Shown: positions 7,731 to 15,510 of the stretch, in pieces | Position numbering within the stretch: position 1 is the stretch's first letter | Layout: each line of letters begins with the position of its first letter | Virus record (IMG/VR): IMGVR_UViG_3300028024_000003 | Reading direction: 5' to 3' (one strand) | Origin: a virus | DNA length: 20,108 nt | The notes under the pieces: model-generated | What the model saw: the letters and a program-made list of their open reading frames with translations, nothing else | The model's database searches: none | What the model was told of the DNA's origin: nothing | Position numbers and translations under genes: made by a program

Positions 7731-8228
7731 TTATTGTAGGCTGCCAGGCTTAAGTGCCGTGAAAGCAGTAGGCAGAAAAATCGCCAGGCCAGCCGCCAGT
7801 TTTTCTGAATCGTTCTGTACGGTTTCGTTCACAATGTCCACCAGAACATCGAAAGAAGCATGAAACAATTCCTTGCTACCGAGAGAGCGCCACTGTTCGC
7901 AGGCGCGATGCGCAAGCGCTTCCAGCCCGTGCGCGTCGTGCACTGCCCACGAGTGCGCCGCCACCCAGGGCGTCGCGACACCTGCACCGCTCAGTCCGCG
8001 CATGCGCGCCTCTACGGTCTTGCGCGTGCACCCGAGCTTGTACAGGCCGGGCCAGGACGCATTTGCCGCCAGATAGAGGTGCCCTGACTTGGCCTCGAGC
8101 CAGAGTGGCAAGCCTTCCGCCAGCGCATCACGCTCAAGGTCACCGACAGGGCCGTCTTCAAAATAAAGGGGTGTGCCGGAGCGCGCCAGCTGGATGGCGC
8201 GGGCTGCGGCCGCCATGGGTTCAAACAT
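7731..8228 (-). CDS. T5orf172/MUG113-type GIY-YIG domain protein
   Basis: GHLYLAAN..WPGLYKLGCT...EARMRGL..AGV.TPW, E..AH and ELF motifs; RBS AAGGAG. Confidence 0.82.
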   Translation of the reverse strand: MFEPMAAAARAIQLARSGTPLYFEDGPVGDLERDALAEGLPLWLEAKSGHLYLAANASWPGLYKLGCTRKTVEARMRGLSGAGVATPWVAAHSWAVHDAHGLEALAHRACEQWRSLGSKELFHASFDVLVDIVNETVQNDSEKLAAGLAIFLPTAFTALKPGSLQ

Positions 8229-8250
8229 TCGCTCGTTCTCCTTCTTCTAT

Positions 8251-8279
8251 AGTATACTGTCAATAATGTAATTAGCCAA
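8251..8279 (-). promoter_or_regulatory. Putative sigma70 promoter for the GIY-YIG gene
   Basis: TTGGCT, 17-bp spacer, TATACT. Confidence 0.5.
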
Positions 8280-8324
8280 CTTCGCAGCAGGGCTTGGTGC
8301 CGACGAAGGACCAGAACAAAGCGC

Positions 8325-8354
8325 TTGCGTATTCATGGCCGGTCGGCCTATACT
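8325..8354 (+). promoter_or_regulatory. Putative sigma70 promoter for the J-domain/vWA operon
   Basis: TTGCGT, 18-bp spacer, TATACT. Confidence 0.5.
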
Positions 8355-8387
8355 TAGTCGTAAATCGCAATTAAGAAATAACTGGAC

Positions 8388-9458
8388 ATGACGGAAACTG
8401 AGCAAGCCACCCTTTCAGCAGACGACATCCTCGACATTCCCGAGGATGCACCGGAGCGCCTGTATTCGGGCGCGGCCGCGGCCGAGAAAGAAGCGCGCCG
8501 GTTGGAGCAGAAGTGGCACCCCGACCGTTGCCAGGCGCCACGCGCCACCGACGTCTTCGACCGGCTGCGCAAATTGCAGGCGGCAGCCAAGCGCAAAATC
8601 GCAGAAGGCACCTGGGAGACTCCGGGCCTGCTCTCCTTATGCAGCACGTCTGGCACGCGGTTCGAGCTGCGGTACTCGCGCAAGGTCGCGCTCGAGGTCG
8701 GTACGATGTTCGTCGGCCGCACCGTGGTCGCCTTCGACATTCGGCACGACAATCTGGACCTGCTCGAAGATGGCGAGCGCCAGGTCGCACGCCTGAGCTA
8801 TGCCAATGACGCGATGCGCAAAGAGTTCTCGCGCTACTTCCCTGAAGTCGTCAAGAAGGTCGGAACGGCTACGGGCGCCTTCCTAGTGCTGAAAAAGGCG
8901 CCCGGAGAGCTGCTTCTGCAGGACGTTCTCGAGTTCTACAAGGGAAAAATGCCCGCGGCGCACGTCGCATGGGTCATTAGTCGGCTCCTGAACCTCGCCT
9001 GCTATCTCGAACTGCAGGGCAAGGTCGCGCACAACGCCATCGGCCCGGACACGGTCTTCATCTCGCCCGCGGAGCACACGGCGCACCTCTACGGTGGCTG
9101 GTGGTTCGCCACGCCGCTGGGCGCAAAGATGAAAGCCGCATCCCAACGGCTGATGCTCTGCGCGCCGCCGTCCGTGCTCCAGAACAAGGTCGGCGATACC
9201 CGCACCGATATGGAAATGATTCAGGCTCTCGGCCGCGAGTTGCTTGGCGATTCGACGGGCGTTCGCCTTGCACAGGATTCTTCGGTACCGGCTGCACTGG
9301 TCGACTGGCTGCAGCTGAGCACGCACCAGAGCGCTGTCGCGACCTACAAGGACTGGCAGTCGCGCGTGCTTATCGAAGCGTTCGGGCCGCGCAAATTCGT
9401 CCAGATGGACCTGACGCACGACGCGCTGTACGACCCGCAACGAGGAATCAAGCTGTGA
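8388..9458 (+). CDS. J-domain protein fused to a degenerate protein-kinase-like domain
   Basis: N-terminal KWHPDR (HPD) between helices. Kinase-like C-lobe pattern HVAWVISRLL..ACYL...VAHNAIGPDTVFI, with HNA at the HRD position and GGW at the DFG position. Confidence 0.72.
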   Translation: MTETEQATLSADDILDIPEDAPERLYSGAAAAEKEARRLEQKWHPDRCQAPRATDVFDRLRKLQAAAKRKIAEGTWETPGLLSLCSTSGTRFELRYSRKVALEVGTMFVGRTVVAFDIRHDNLDLLEDGERQVARLSYANDAMRKEFSRYFPEVVKKVGTATGAFLVLKKAPGELLLQDVLEFYKGKMPAAHVAWVISRLLNLACYLELQGKVAHNAIGPDTVFISPAEHTAHLYGGWWFATPLGAKMKAASQRLMLCAPPSVLQNKVGDTRTDMEMIQALGRELLGDSTGVRLAQDSSVPAALVDWLQLSTHQSAVATYKDWQSRVLIEAFGPRKFVQMDLTHDALYDPQRGIKL

Positions 9459-9745
9459 AGCCGCTCAAGGACAACGAAATCGCCGCGCTCGTGAACGCAC
9501 TACGCGACACGGCCGTGCAGTACGCGGGAACGCAGCAGTTGCGCGACCGCATTTCCCGGCTTGTCAATGACGCGCTGGGTGACCGGATGCAGTCGCCGCC
9601 GGGCTTTGAAGCCTTCATGACAGCGGAATACGGCAAAAGCTTCGCGCGCGCCAGCTATTCGGCGGAAGCAATGCGCACCTGCTGGCTGACGGCAACGGCC
9701 GCCGCCGGCGCAACACCTCAATCAACCAACATCGCAACGGAGTAA
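9455..9745 (+). CDS. Hypothetical protein (96 aa)
   Basis: GTGA start/stop overlap with the upstream gene, RBS GAGGA, and a stop 3 nt before the vWA start. Confidence 0.7.
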   Translation: MKPLKDNEIAALVNALRDTAVQYAGTQQLRDRISRLVNDALGDRMQSPPGFEAFMTAEYGKSFARASYSAEAMRTCWLTATAAAGATPQSTNIATE

Positions 9746-9748
9746 ATC

Positions 9749-10654
9749 ATGGGTTCAAGCAGCTGGAGTTCCACCGACTGGGATTCGTTTTCGTCGAACA
9801 CGCGCGCCAAGTCTACGGCGCAGGTGTTCAGCCAGAATTTCATGCACAAGGACCTGAATCCGCTCGGCGTCGCCATGCGCGAATCGCGCGATTCCGCGGT
9901 CAATCCTAATTCGACGGCCATCATCGTGGGCTCGGATGTCACCGGGTCGATGGGCTATCTCGCCGAAGCACTCGTACGCGAAGGCATGGGCGTCCTCGTC
10001 GAGGAACTGCTCGCGCGCAAGCCCGTGAGCGACCCGCACATCATGTGCATGGGCGTGGGTGACGCGTACAGCGACGACGCTCCCCTGCAGGTGACGCAGT
10101 TCGAAGCGGACATCCGTATCGCCACGCAGCTCGCGCAGATTTGGCTCGAGGGCAAGGGCGGCGGCAACGGCGGTGAAAGCTATCATCTTCCGTGGTACTT
10201 CGCCGCCCGCCACACGTCCATCGACTGCTTCGAGAAACGCAGGAAGAAAGGCTATATTTTCACCGTTGGTGACGAAAATCCCCACAAGGTGCTCCGGCGC
10301 GAACAGGTCAAGGCCATATTCGGCGACGACATCGAGCGTGACCTGACCTCCGAAGAGCTCCTGACGATGGCGAGCCGCAGCTACAACGTGTTTCACCTGC
10401 TCGTCGAAGAAAGCAACTCGTGCGACGCGTCGGTGAAGGCGAACTGGAAGGCGCTCCTCGGCGAACGCGCGTTGCCGCTTTCGGACCACAAGAAGATGGC
10501 GGAACTCATTGTGTCAACCATCCAGGTCATCGAAGGCACGAGCGTCGATGCAACGGTGAAATCGTGGTCGGGTAACACGGCGATGGTCGTCGCGCGCGGG
10601 CTCAACGGGCTGCAACCGGCGCGGGCCACAGGTTCCGGCCTGATGCGGTTTTAA
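9749..10654 (+). CDS. von Willebrand factor A (vWA) domain protein
   Basis: MIDAS-like IIVGSDVTGSMG, GVGD, GGGNGGESY and IFTVGDE motifs. Confidence 0.85.
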   Translation: MGSSSWSSTDWDSFSSNTRAKSTAQVFSQNFMHKDLNPLGVAMRESRDSAVNPNSTAIIVGSDVTGSMGYLAEALVREGMGVLVEELLARKPVSDPHIMCMGVGDAYSDDAPLQVTQFEADIRIATQLAQIWLEGKGGGNGGESYHLPWYFAARHTSIDCFEKRRKKGYIFTVGDENPHKVLRREQVKAIFGDDIERDLTSEELLTMASRSYNVFHLLVEESNSCDASVKANWKALLGERALPLSDHKKMAELIVSTIQVIEGTSVDATVKSWSGNTAMVVARGLNGLQPARATGSGLMRF

Positions 10655-10675
10655 CGCTATACCAGCATTCTACGC

Positions 10676-10704
10676 TTGACGGCGGGCTGTCAGTCTGCTA
10701 TAGT
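10676..10704 (+). promoter_or_regulatory. sigma70 promoter of ncRNA copy 1
   Basis: TTGACG, 17-bp spacer, TATAGT, with an extended -10 TG. Confidence 0.82.
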
Positions 10705-10710
10705 GTCGTC

Positions 10711-10864
10711 TCAGTTGGTTGTTGAGCGAAAGTTTCAGCAACCGACCAGTTTTGCAGGCTATTGCGCGGCTTCCTTCTATTCAACACACATGGGAACTAG
10801 CGGCGCTGCTCTCCTGCTCTACAACGTGAAACGGGGTGCCCAAACGGGCATCCCGTTTTGCTTT
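10711..10864 (+). ncRNA. Structured ncRNA candidate, copy 1
   Basis: Own promoter, 5' hairpin 10714-10746 with a GAAA loop, conserved core 10754-10817 and terminator 10829-10864. Ends are estimated. Confidence 0.75.
10829..10864 (+). terminator. Intrinsic terminator of ncRNA copy 1
   Basis: AAACGGGGTGCCC-AAAC-GGGCATCCCGTTT followed by TGCTTT. Confidence 0.8.
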
Positions 10865-10899
10865 GTGTATCAGAAATCGCAGCTTCAGCCGCAAGCTGG

Positions 10900-10928
10900 T
10901 TGACGAAAACTGGTTAATAACGTATAAT
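10900..10928 (+). promoter_or_regulatory. Near-consensus sigma70 promoter of ncRNA copy 2 and the downstream gene
   Basis: TTGACG, 17-bp spacer, TATAAT. Confidence 0.88.
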
Positions 10929-10934
10929 GTTTTT

Positions 10935-11076
10935 CAATGTCGGTGTCGCCTAGATGCCAGACAGGTTTTGCAGGCTATTGAACCGCTTCCTTCTATTCAA
11001 TTCATATCGGAACTAGCGGTTCTGCTCTCCTGCTCCAGACGTAGCGCGGGGTGTTCGTCGTCCGACGACATTCCGC
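10935..11076 (+). ncRNA. Structured ncRNA candidate, copy 2 (possibly also the mRNA leader)
   Basis: Own promoter, 5' hairpin 10938-10963, core 10970-11033 and 3' hairpin 11046-11076 without a U-tract. Confidence 0.75.
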
Positions 11077-11131
11077 ATTGCTGTCCTGCGGGTAGCCCTG
11101 TTCACAAAAATACGCTATCTGGGGAATCACA

Positions 11132-13405
11132 ATGCTTACGCTGGCCGACGTCGCCTATCGGGTTAACTCCCGCGAATTCAACATCCTCGCAGCGATTCTT
11201 CGCAGCGGCAAGCTGGTCCTCCCCGCGCTTGACCCGATGTATGCCGCGCAGGCGGCCAAAGGGCGGACGGGGCCGAATCTGGAGAAAGCTCTTCACAGCG
11301 AGCTGACCCTCGAAGCCCTGGGCTTCGTCTACGGCCATGACGCCCTGGTGACCCTCTCGTGGACGCCTGACGCTGAACTCATTCGCGTTCACAGCAACCT
11401 GGTGTTGATGCTGACGCGTGCGCTGGGAGCGCACAACCTCTACCAGCCGATGTATCCCAATTTCCCTGAGCGGGTGCTCGCTGCGTCCGACGCAGAGCTG
11501 CTCATGAACGCCTGGCGCCACTATTCAGGCGACTGGCTGGGCGTACGCGTTCTGCCGAGCTACTCGGCCGCCAAGCGCCCGCCGCTCAAGATGCTGGAAA
11601 GCATGAAGCCGACCGCGCTCGCACTCGCCGCCCCGAAGGCGGTTGAAGACCAGCTGCTGCGCCTCATCAACGGCAATGCCTCGATGTCCGCCGCGAACAA
11701 GGCTGTGGTACTCGAATCGCTCTCGTGGTTCAACGAATTCCAGCCGGCTCGTCTGCTCGAGCTGCTCAAGGAGCAAGCAACCATCCCGCAGAAGGAACAT
11801 CGCGCGCTGGTAGGCGGCTGGCTGCTCAAAACCGTCCCGATTACCTTCGTCGCATCTGGGTTCGACCGTTTCTTCCAGACGCCGACCGACGTGTTGCGGC
11901 TCGCCGCGGCCGTGGGTGCGAAAGACCTGAAGACGGTCGACCTGACGCTTTCCGCGCCGCCGCGCTTCGGCAAGATTTCGCGCGGCCTGCGTCGACTGTT
12001 GCTGAACCAGCTGAATGCCCTGGCTGCCAGCTCCGTTCAAGCTGAGATGTTCCAGCGTCGCGAGCAGTGGGTGCGCTTGGGTGAAGCCCTGCACCCGGGC
12101 GAATACCAAAGCCGCTTCCCGCTCGCATACGACCGTTTCAAGGCGCTGCGCGATAACGACAAGCCGGTAGGCTGGGCGGGAATCGTGGAACAGCGCATCG
12201 CCACCCGCGATACGCTGGCCGCCATCGACCTGCTTATCCAGCGTCCGGGCGTGTTCGCTCGCAAGCTGCACGAAGTTGTGCGCAAGGCGACGGGCGTCAA
12301 CAAGGAAGCGGTACTCAAGGCGTTCGCTGGCGTGGCTGACAAGGTGTCCACGCCGGTGCTGGTGCAGCTGCGTCACCGCATGCTGGCGGACCAGCACGGA
12401 GTGCAGGCGTTCTCCCCGAAAGCGGGTGCGGGCCGCATGTGGGTGCCGCAAGGTGGTTCCCCGCGCCTGACGGAAAGCGCGACCGACTTCATCGTCAAGA
12501 CGGTGTCGGACGTGCTGGCGGCGCGCTTTGCAAAGCTGCCGACCATGGGCAAGGTTTACGTTGACCCGGCGCTGTCGGGATTCAGCGTGCCGTTCGCTCA
12601 GCGTACCGCGCAGAAGAGCCTGCTGACGGTAGGCCGCGGCTCGCGCATCGACCTCGGCAGTGAGTCCATCATGCGTGCGTTCCTGTGGTGGAATGAAAGC
12701 GGCGTGACGAAGGACGGCGAGCCGTACACCATCGGTCGTACCGACCTGGACCTGTCCTGCGCGGTGCTCGACGAGAGCTTCAACCACATCGAACATTGCA
12801 GCTTCACGAATCTGCGTGCGCAAGGCCTGACGCACAGTGGCGACATCACATCGGCGCCGCAAGGCGCATGCGAGTTCATCGACATCGACTTCAAGATGCT
12901 GCCGGAGGAAGCCGCGTACATCGCGCTCGTGGCGTACGCCTACACGAAGCAGAATTTCGCGGACATGCCGGAAGCGTATCTCGGCTGGATGTCGCGCACC
13001 GACGGCCAGAGCGGCGCCATCTATGACGCACGCACCGTGCGCCAGAAGGTGGACCTGACCACATCCGGCGAGCGTGTGCTGGTCGGCTATGTCGACGTGG
13101 CGCGCCGTCAGTTCGTATGGGCGGACCTCGTGCTGCCGGCACGTTGCTCCGGCTTCAACGCGGTGGAAACGTCGACCGACATGATGAGCAAGCTGGCGCG
13201 CGGCATCGTGACGCCGATTCGGCCGACGCTGGGCGCGCTGCTGGAAGACCACGCCAAGGCGCGCGGTGAGCTGGTTGCGACCCCGGAAGATGCTGACATC
13301 GTGTTCACGGGCCGGCTTCCGACCGCGGTGACGCCGGCGAAGGATGGCCAGAAAGTGGTCACCGCCTATGACGCAGAAGTGCTCATCGCCGACTACCTCG
13401 CATAA
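11132..13405 (+). CDS. Large helical-domain protein with a C-terminal TerD-like domain (757 aa)
   Basis: TerD-like motifs DLDLSC and HSGDITSAP.GACEFIDID. N-terminal motifs PMYPNFP, TPTDVLRL, W.RLGE.LHPGEY and RPGVFARKL match an uncharacterised TerD-fused family as I recall it. Confidence 0.82.
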   Translation: MLTLADVAYRVNSREFNILAAILRSGKLVLPALDPMYAAQAAKGRTGPNLEKALHSELTLEALGFVYGHDALVTLSWTPDAELIRVHSNLVLMLTRALGAHNLYQPMYPNFPERVLAASDAELLMNAWRHYSGDWLGVRVLPSYSAAKRPPLKMLESMKPTALALAAPKAVEDQLLRLINGNASMSAANKAVVLESLSWFNEFQPARLLELLKEQATIPQKEHRALVGGWLLKTVPITFVASGFDRFFQTPTDVLRLAAAVGAKDLKTVDLTLSAPPRFGKISRGLRRLLLNQLNALAASSVQAEMFQRREQWVRLGEALHPGEYQSRFPLAYDRFKALRDNDKPVGWAGIVEQRIATRDTLAAIDLLIQRPGVFARKLHEVVRKATGVNKEAVLKAFAGVADKVSTPVLVQLRHRMLADQHGVQAFSPKAGAGRMWVPQGGSPRLTESATDFIVKTVSDVLAARFAKLPTMGKVYVDPALSGFSVPFAQRTAQKSLLTVGRGSRIDLGSESIMRAFLWWNESGVTKDGEPYTIGRTDLDLSCAVLDESFNHIEHCSFTNLRAQGLTHSGDITSAPQGACEFIDIDFKMLPEEAAYIALVAYAYTKQNFADMPEAYLGWMSRTDGQSGAIYDARTVRQKVDLTTSGERVLVGYVDVARRQFVWADLVLPARCSGFNAVETSTDMMSKLARGIVTPIRPTLGALLEDHAKARGELVATPEDADIVFTGRLPTAVTPAKDGQKVVTAYDAEVLIADYLA

Positions 13406-13422
13406 AACCAGGGATATTTGCT

Positions 13423-13893
13423 GTGACAACTATTTACGTCGGCCCCTACTTGGTCGTGCCCGCAGTGAAGCTGAAACGCGTCGCTCACGAGCGGGTCTGT
13501 TCCAACAATTGTGATGCGCCAGCCATCAATGCGCCCGCGAAGTTCTGCGGGAACTGCGGCGGCGCTGTCGTCGACAAGGACGTACCCGTCGAAGAAGTGA
13601 AGCCGTTGCCCATCCATGCGCTTGACCAGCGGTGGACGGACGTCATGGCTTGCCCCGAGTATGGCCAGCGACACCCGAAAGGCAGCATCTGGCTGCCGAA
13701 CCGCGGTAATCACGGGATGCGCTTTGACCGAGGTTCAGAGGACGTGTATACCCCCATTCAGCTTTCCGCCATCAAAGCAGACGCAATGCTTTTGAAGGCA
13801 GAAACAGCGCATGCCGCGTTCGTGGAAATGCTGAAGAAGGACTTTGGCGCCAAGCCGTTCTGGGAAGTCGGCATCATCGCCTACTCATCGTAA
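13423..13893 (+). CDS. Hypothetical protein with a putative zinc ribbon
   Basis: CSNNC...FCGNCG; GTG start 17 nt after the upstream stop. Confidence 0.72.
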   Translation: MTTIYVGPYLVVPAVKLKRVAHERVCSNNCDAPAINAPAKFCGNCGGAVVDKDVPVEEVKPLPIHALDQRWTDVMACPEYGQRHPKGSIWLPNRGNHGMRFDRGSEDVYTPIQLSAIKADAMLLKAETAHAAFVEMLKKDFGAKPFWEVGIIAYSS

Positions 13894-13924
13894 GAACACA
13901 CAAACCTGAGAACTGGAGAAAGCG

Positions 13925-14251
13925 ATGGACATGAATGCACAAGATGTCGACGGCACGCGCGATGCTGAAGAATGGAAGCCTTGGGCGGAGAAGCTCCTTC
14001 GCACGGTAAAGGGCGCACTGGAAAACGGCATTCCGCCGGCCTACAACGACTATCCGACGCCGGCAGAAGGATTCTGCTTCGAGCTGCACGCAGACCTGCC
14101 CTACGGCCGACCGTCCTTGCTCGCGCAAGTGAATGCGAACCTGGTGGAAATGCCGGAGTTCAAGGAACTGGACGCGCTGTTCGAACAGAAGTTCGGCTGC
14201 CCGATTCTGGGGCGCCGGCCCGGCGCGCACGCGCCTGCACAACAAGCCTGA
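13925..14251 (+). CDS. Hypothetical protein (108 aa)
   Basis: RBS GGAG and operon-like spacing. Confidence 0.68.
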   Translation: MDMNAQDVDGTRDAEEWKPWAEKLLRTVKGALENGIPPAYNDYPTPAEGFCFELHADLPYGRPSLLAQVNANLVEMPEFKELDALFEQKFGCPILGRRPGAHAPAQQA

Positions 14252-14261
14252 AGGAGCGAGC

Positions 14262-15494
14262 ATGCGCACGGCAAAGGTGGTGATTGGCGCGAACTATGGC
14301 GACGAAGGCAAAGGTCTCATGACCGACTACTTCGCGGCGCAGAGCGACAACAGCCTCGTGGTGCGGTTCAACGGCGGATGCCAGGCGAGCCATACGGTCA
14401 CGACGCCCGACGGCCGCCGCCACGCATTCAGCCACTTTGGTGCGGGCACGTTCACGGGAGCCCGGACGTATCTGTCGCGCCACTTCGCAGTCAATCCGAC
14501 GCTCTATGCAAAAGAACGCGCGAAGCTCCTGCCGCTCATTGGCCGGCTGCCGACTATTTACGTGGACACGCGCGCGCCAGTGACGACGTTCTTCGATATG
14601 CTGGTCAACCAGATGGTGGAGGATTTCCGCGGCGATAAGCGGCATGGCAGCTGCGGCATGGGCTTCGGCGAGACCATCGGGCGCCAGGAAGGCGAGATGT
14701 TCGCGCTGACCGTAGGTGACCTGCTCGACGTCACCGCGCTGCGCGCGAAGCTCCTGCAGATTCGCGACAGTCACCTGCCCGCCCGTTGCAAGGAACTGGG
14801 ACTGCCGGATTTCGGCAAGCATCACGAGCTGTGCACGACGGACGTGCTCGTGGACGCGTTCATCGTCGCCGCACAGGAATTCCTCGGCGATGTCACGCTG
14901 GTTTCGGAAGCCGAAGAACCCATCATTCTCGCGAAGAATGTGGTGTTTGAAGGCGCGCAAGGCCTGCTGCTCGACCAGCATCACGGCGCGTTTCCGTATG
15001 TGACCCGCTCAAACACCGGGTTGCGTAACGCGCTCGACGTCGCGAGCGAAGCCGGCATAACGAAGCTAGATGTGAACTACGTCACGCGCGCGTACATGAC
15101 GCGGCATGGTGCAGGCCCGCTCGCTCACGAACTGCCGGGTCGTCCGTACGAAGGTGTGGTTGACCTCACAAACCAACCGAACGAGTATCAGGGCACGCTG
15201 CGCTTCGCTGACTTGGACCTCGACCAGGTTGCACTGGCCATCGGCACGGACCTGGCCGACGTGTTCGGCACGCACGTCCACATCAATGCGCATCTGGCTA
15301 TCACATGTCTCGACCAGATTGGCGGGGACGTACCGGCGCGCGTTCGACTAGAAAACACGCTTCACCGCGTGAGGACAGACGAACTCATCGCCATGGCCAG
15401 CAGCCGTATCCTGCCTGTGGCGTTCTGCTCTTGGGGACCGACGCGCGATACGGTGCGTGCGCGACAAATCACGCGCATGACATGCGCCGCATGA
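14262..15494 (+). CDS. Divergent adenylosuccinate synthetase (PurA)-like protein (410 aa)
   Basis: GANYGDEGKG, RFNGG.QASHTV, FEGAQGLLLD, PYVTRSNT, YMTRHGAGP, TCLD and SWGP motifs; RBS AAGGAG before ATG 14262. Confidence 0.9.
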   Translation: MRTAKVVIGANYGDEGKGLMTDYFAAQSDNSLVVRFNGGCQASHTVTTPDGRRHAFSHFGAGTFTGARTYLSRHFAVNPTLYAKERAKLLPLIGRLPTIYVDTRAPVTTFFDMLVNQMVEDFRGDKRHGSCGMGFGETIGRQEGEMFALTVGDLLDVTALRAKLLQIRDSHLPARCKELGLPDFGKHHELCTTDVLVDAFIVAAQEFLGDVTLVSEAEEPIILAKNVVFEGAQGLLLDQHHGAFPYVTRSNTGLRNALDVASEAGITKLDVNYVTRAYMTRHGAGPLAHELPGRPYEGVVDLTNQPNEYQGTLRFADLDLDQVALAIGTDLADVFGTHVHINAHLAITCLDQIGGDVPARVRLENTLHRVRTDELIAMASSRILPVAFCSWGPTRDTVRARQITRMTCAA

Positions 15495-15510
15495 CGGACA
15501 CGGAAACGAG

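Larger units (their letters stand above)
10749..11035 (+). repeat. Two 71-nt direct repeats (10749-10819 and 10965-11035) with 9 mismatches, 216 bp apart
   Basis: GTTTTGCAGGCTATTG-cgcg/aacc-GCTTCCTTCTATTCAA-N8-GGAACTAGCGG-cg/tt-CTGCTCTCCTGCTC. Confidence 0.95.

Noticed and set aside
8388-9458. Canonical DnaJ or an active Hanks-type kinase
   Set aside because: No G/F-rich region, zinc finger or DnaJ C-terminal domain; the HRD and DFG catalytic aspartates are absent.
10749-11035. CRISPR array interpretation of the direct repeats
   Set aside because: Only two units of 64-71 nt, separated by a terminator and a new promoter rather than a spacer; no cas genes in the window.
10711-11076. tRNA or canonical Y RNA (YrlA) identity
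   Set aside because: I could not find a cloverleaf, a T-loop GUUCRA, a CCA end or a recognisable Ro-binding helix. The Ro/Y comparison is only an analogy of layout.
10676-11306. ORFs 10676..10903 and 10836..11306
   Set aside because: They start within promoter or terminator elements, lack an RBS and cross the RNA structures.
11132-13405. Tellurite-resistance (ter) operon
   Set aside because: Only one fused TerD-like domain; no terA, terB, terC or terZ genes in the window.
11525-13429. 634-aa antisense ORF and similar long shadow ORFs (2428..3183, 5412..6323, 17081..18148)
   Set aside because: They lie opposite better-supported genes and are expected from GC-rich codon bias.
14262-15494. 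PurZ / Z-genome pathway together with the MazG-like gene
   Set aside because: The enzyme keeps Asp in GDEGKG (PurZ has Ser), no DatZ-like HD phosphohydrolase or polymerase is visible, and the MazG-like gene is over 10 kb away in a different operon.
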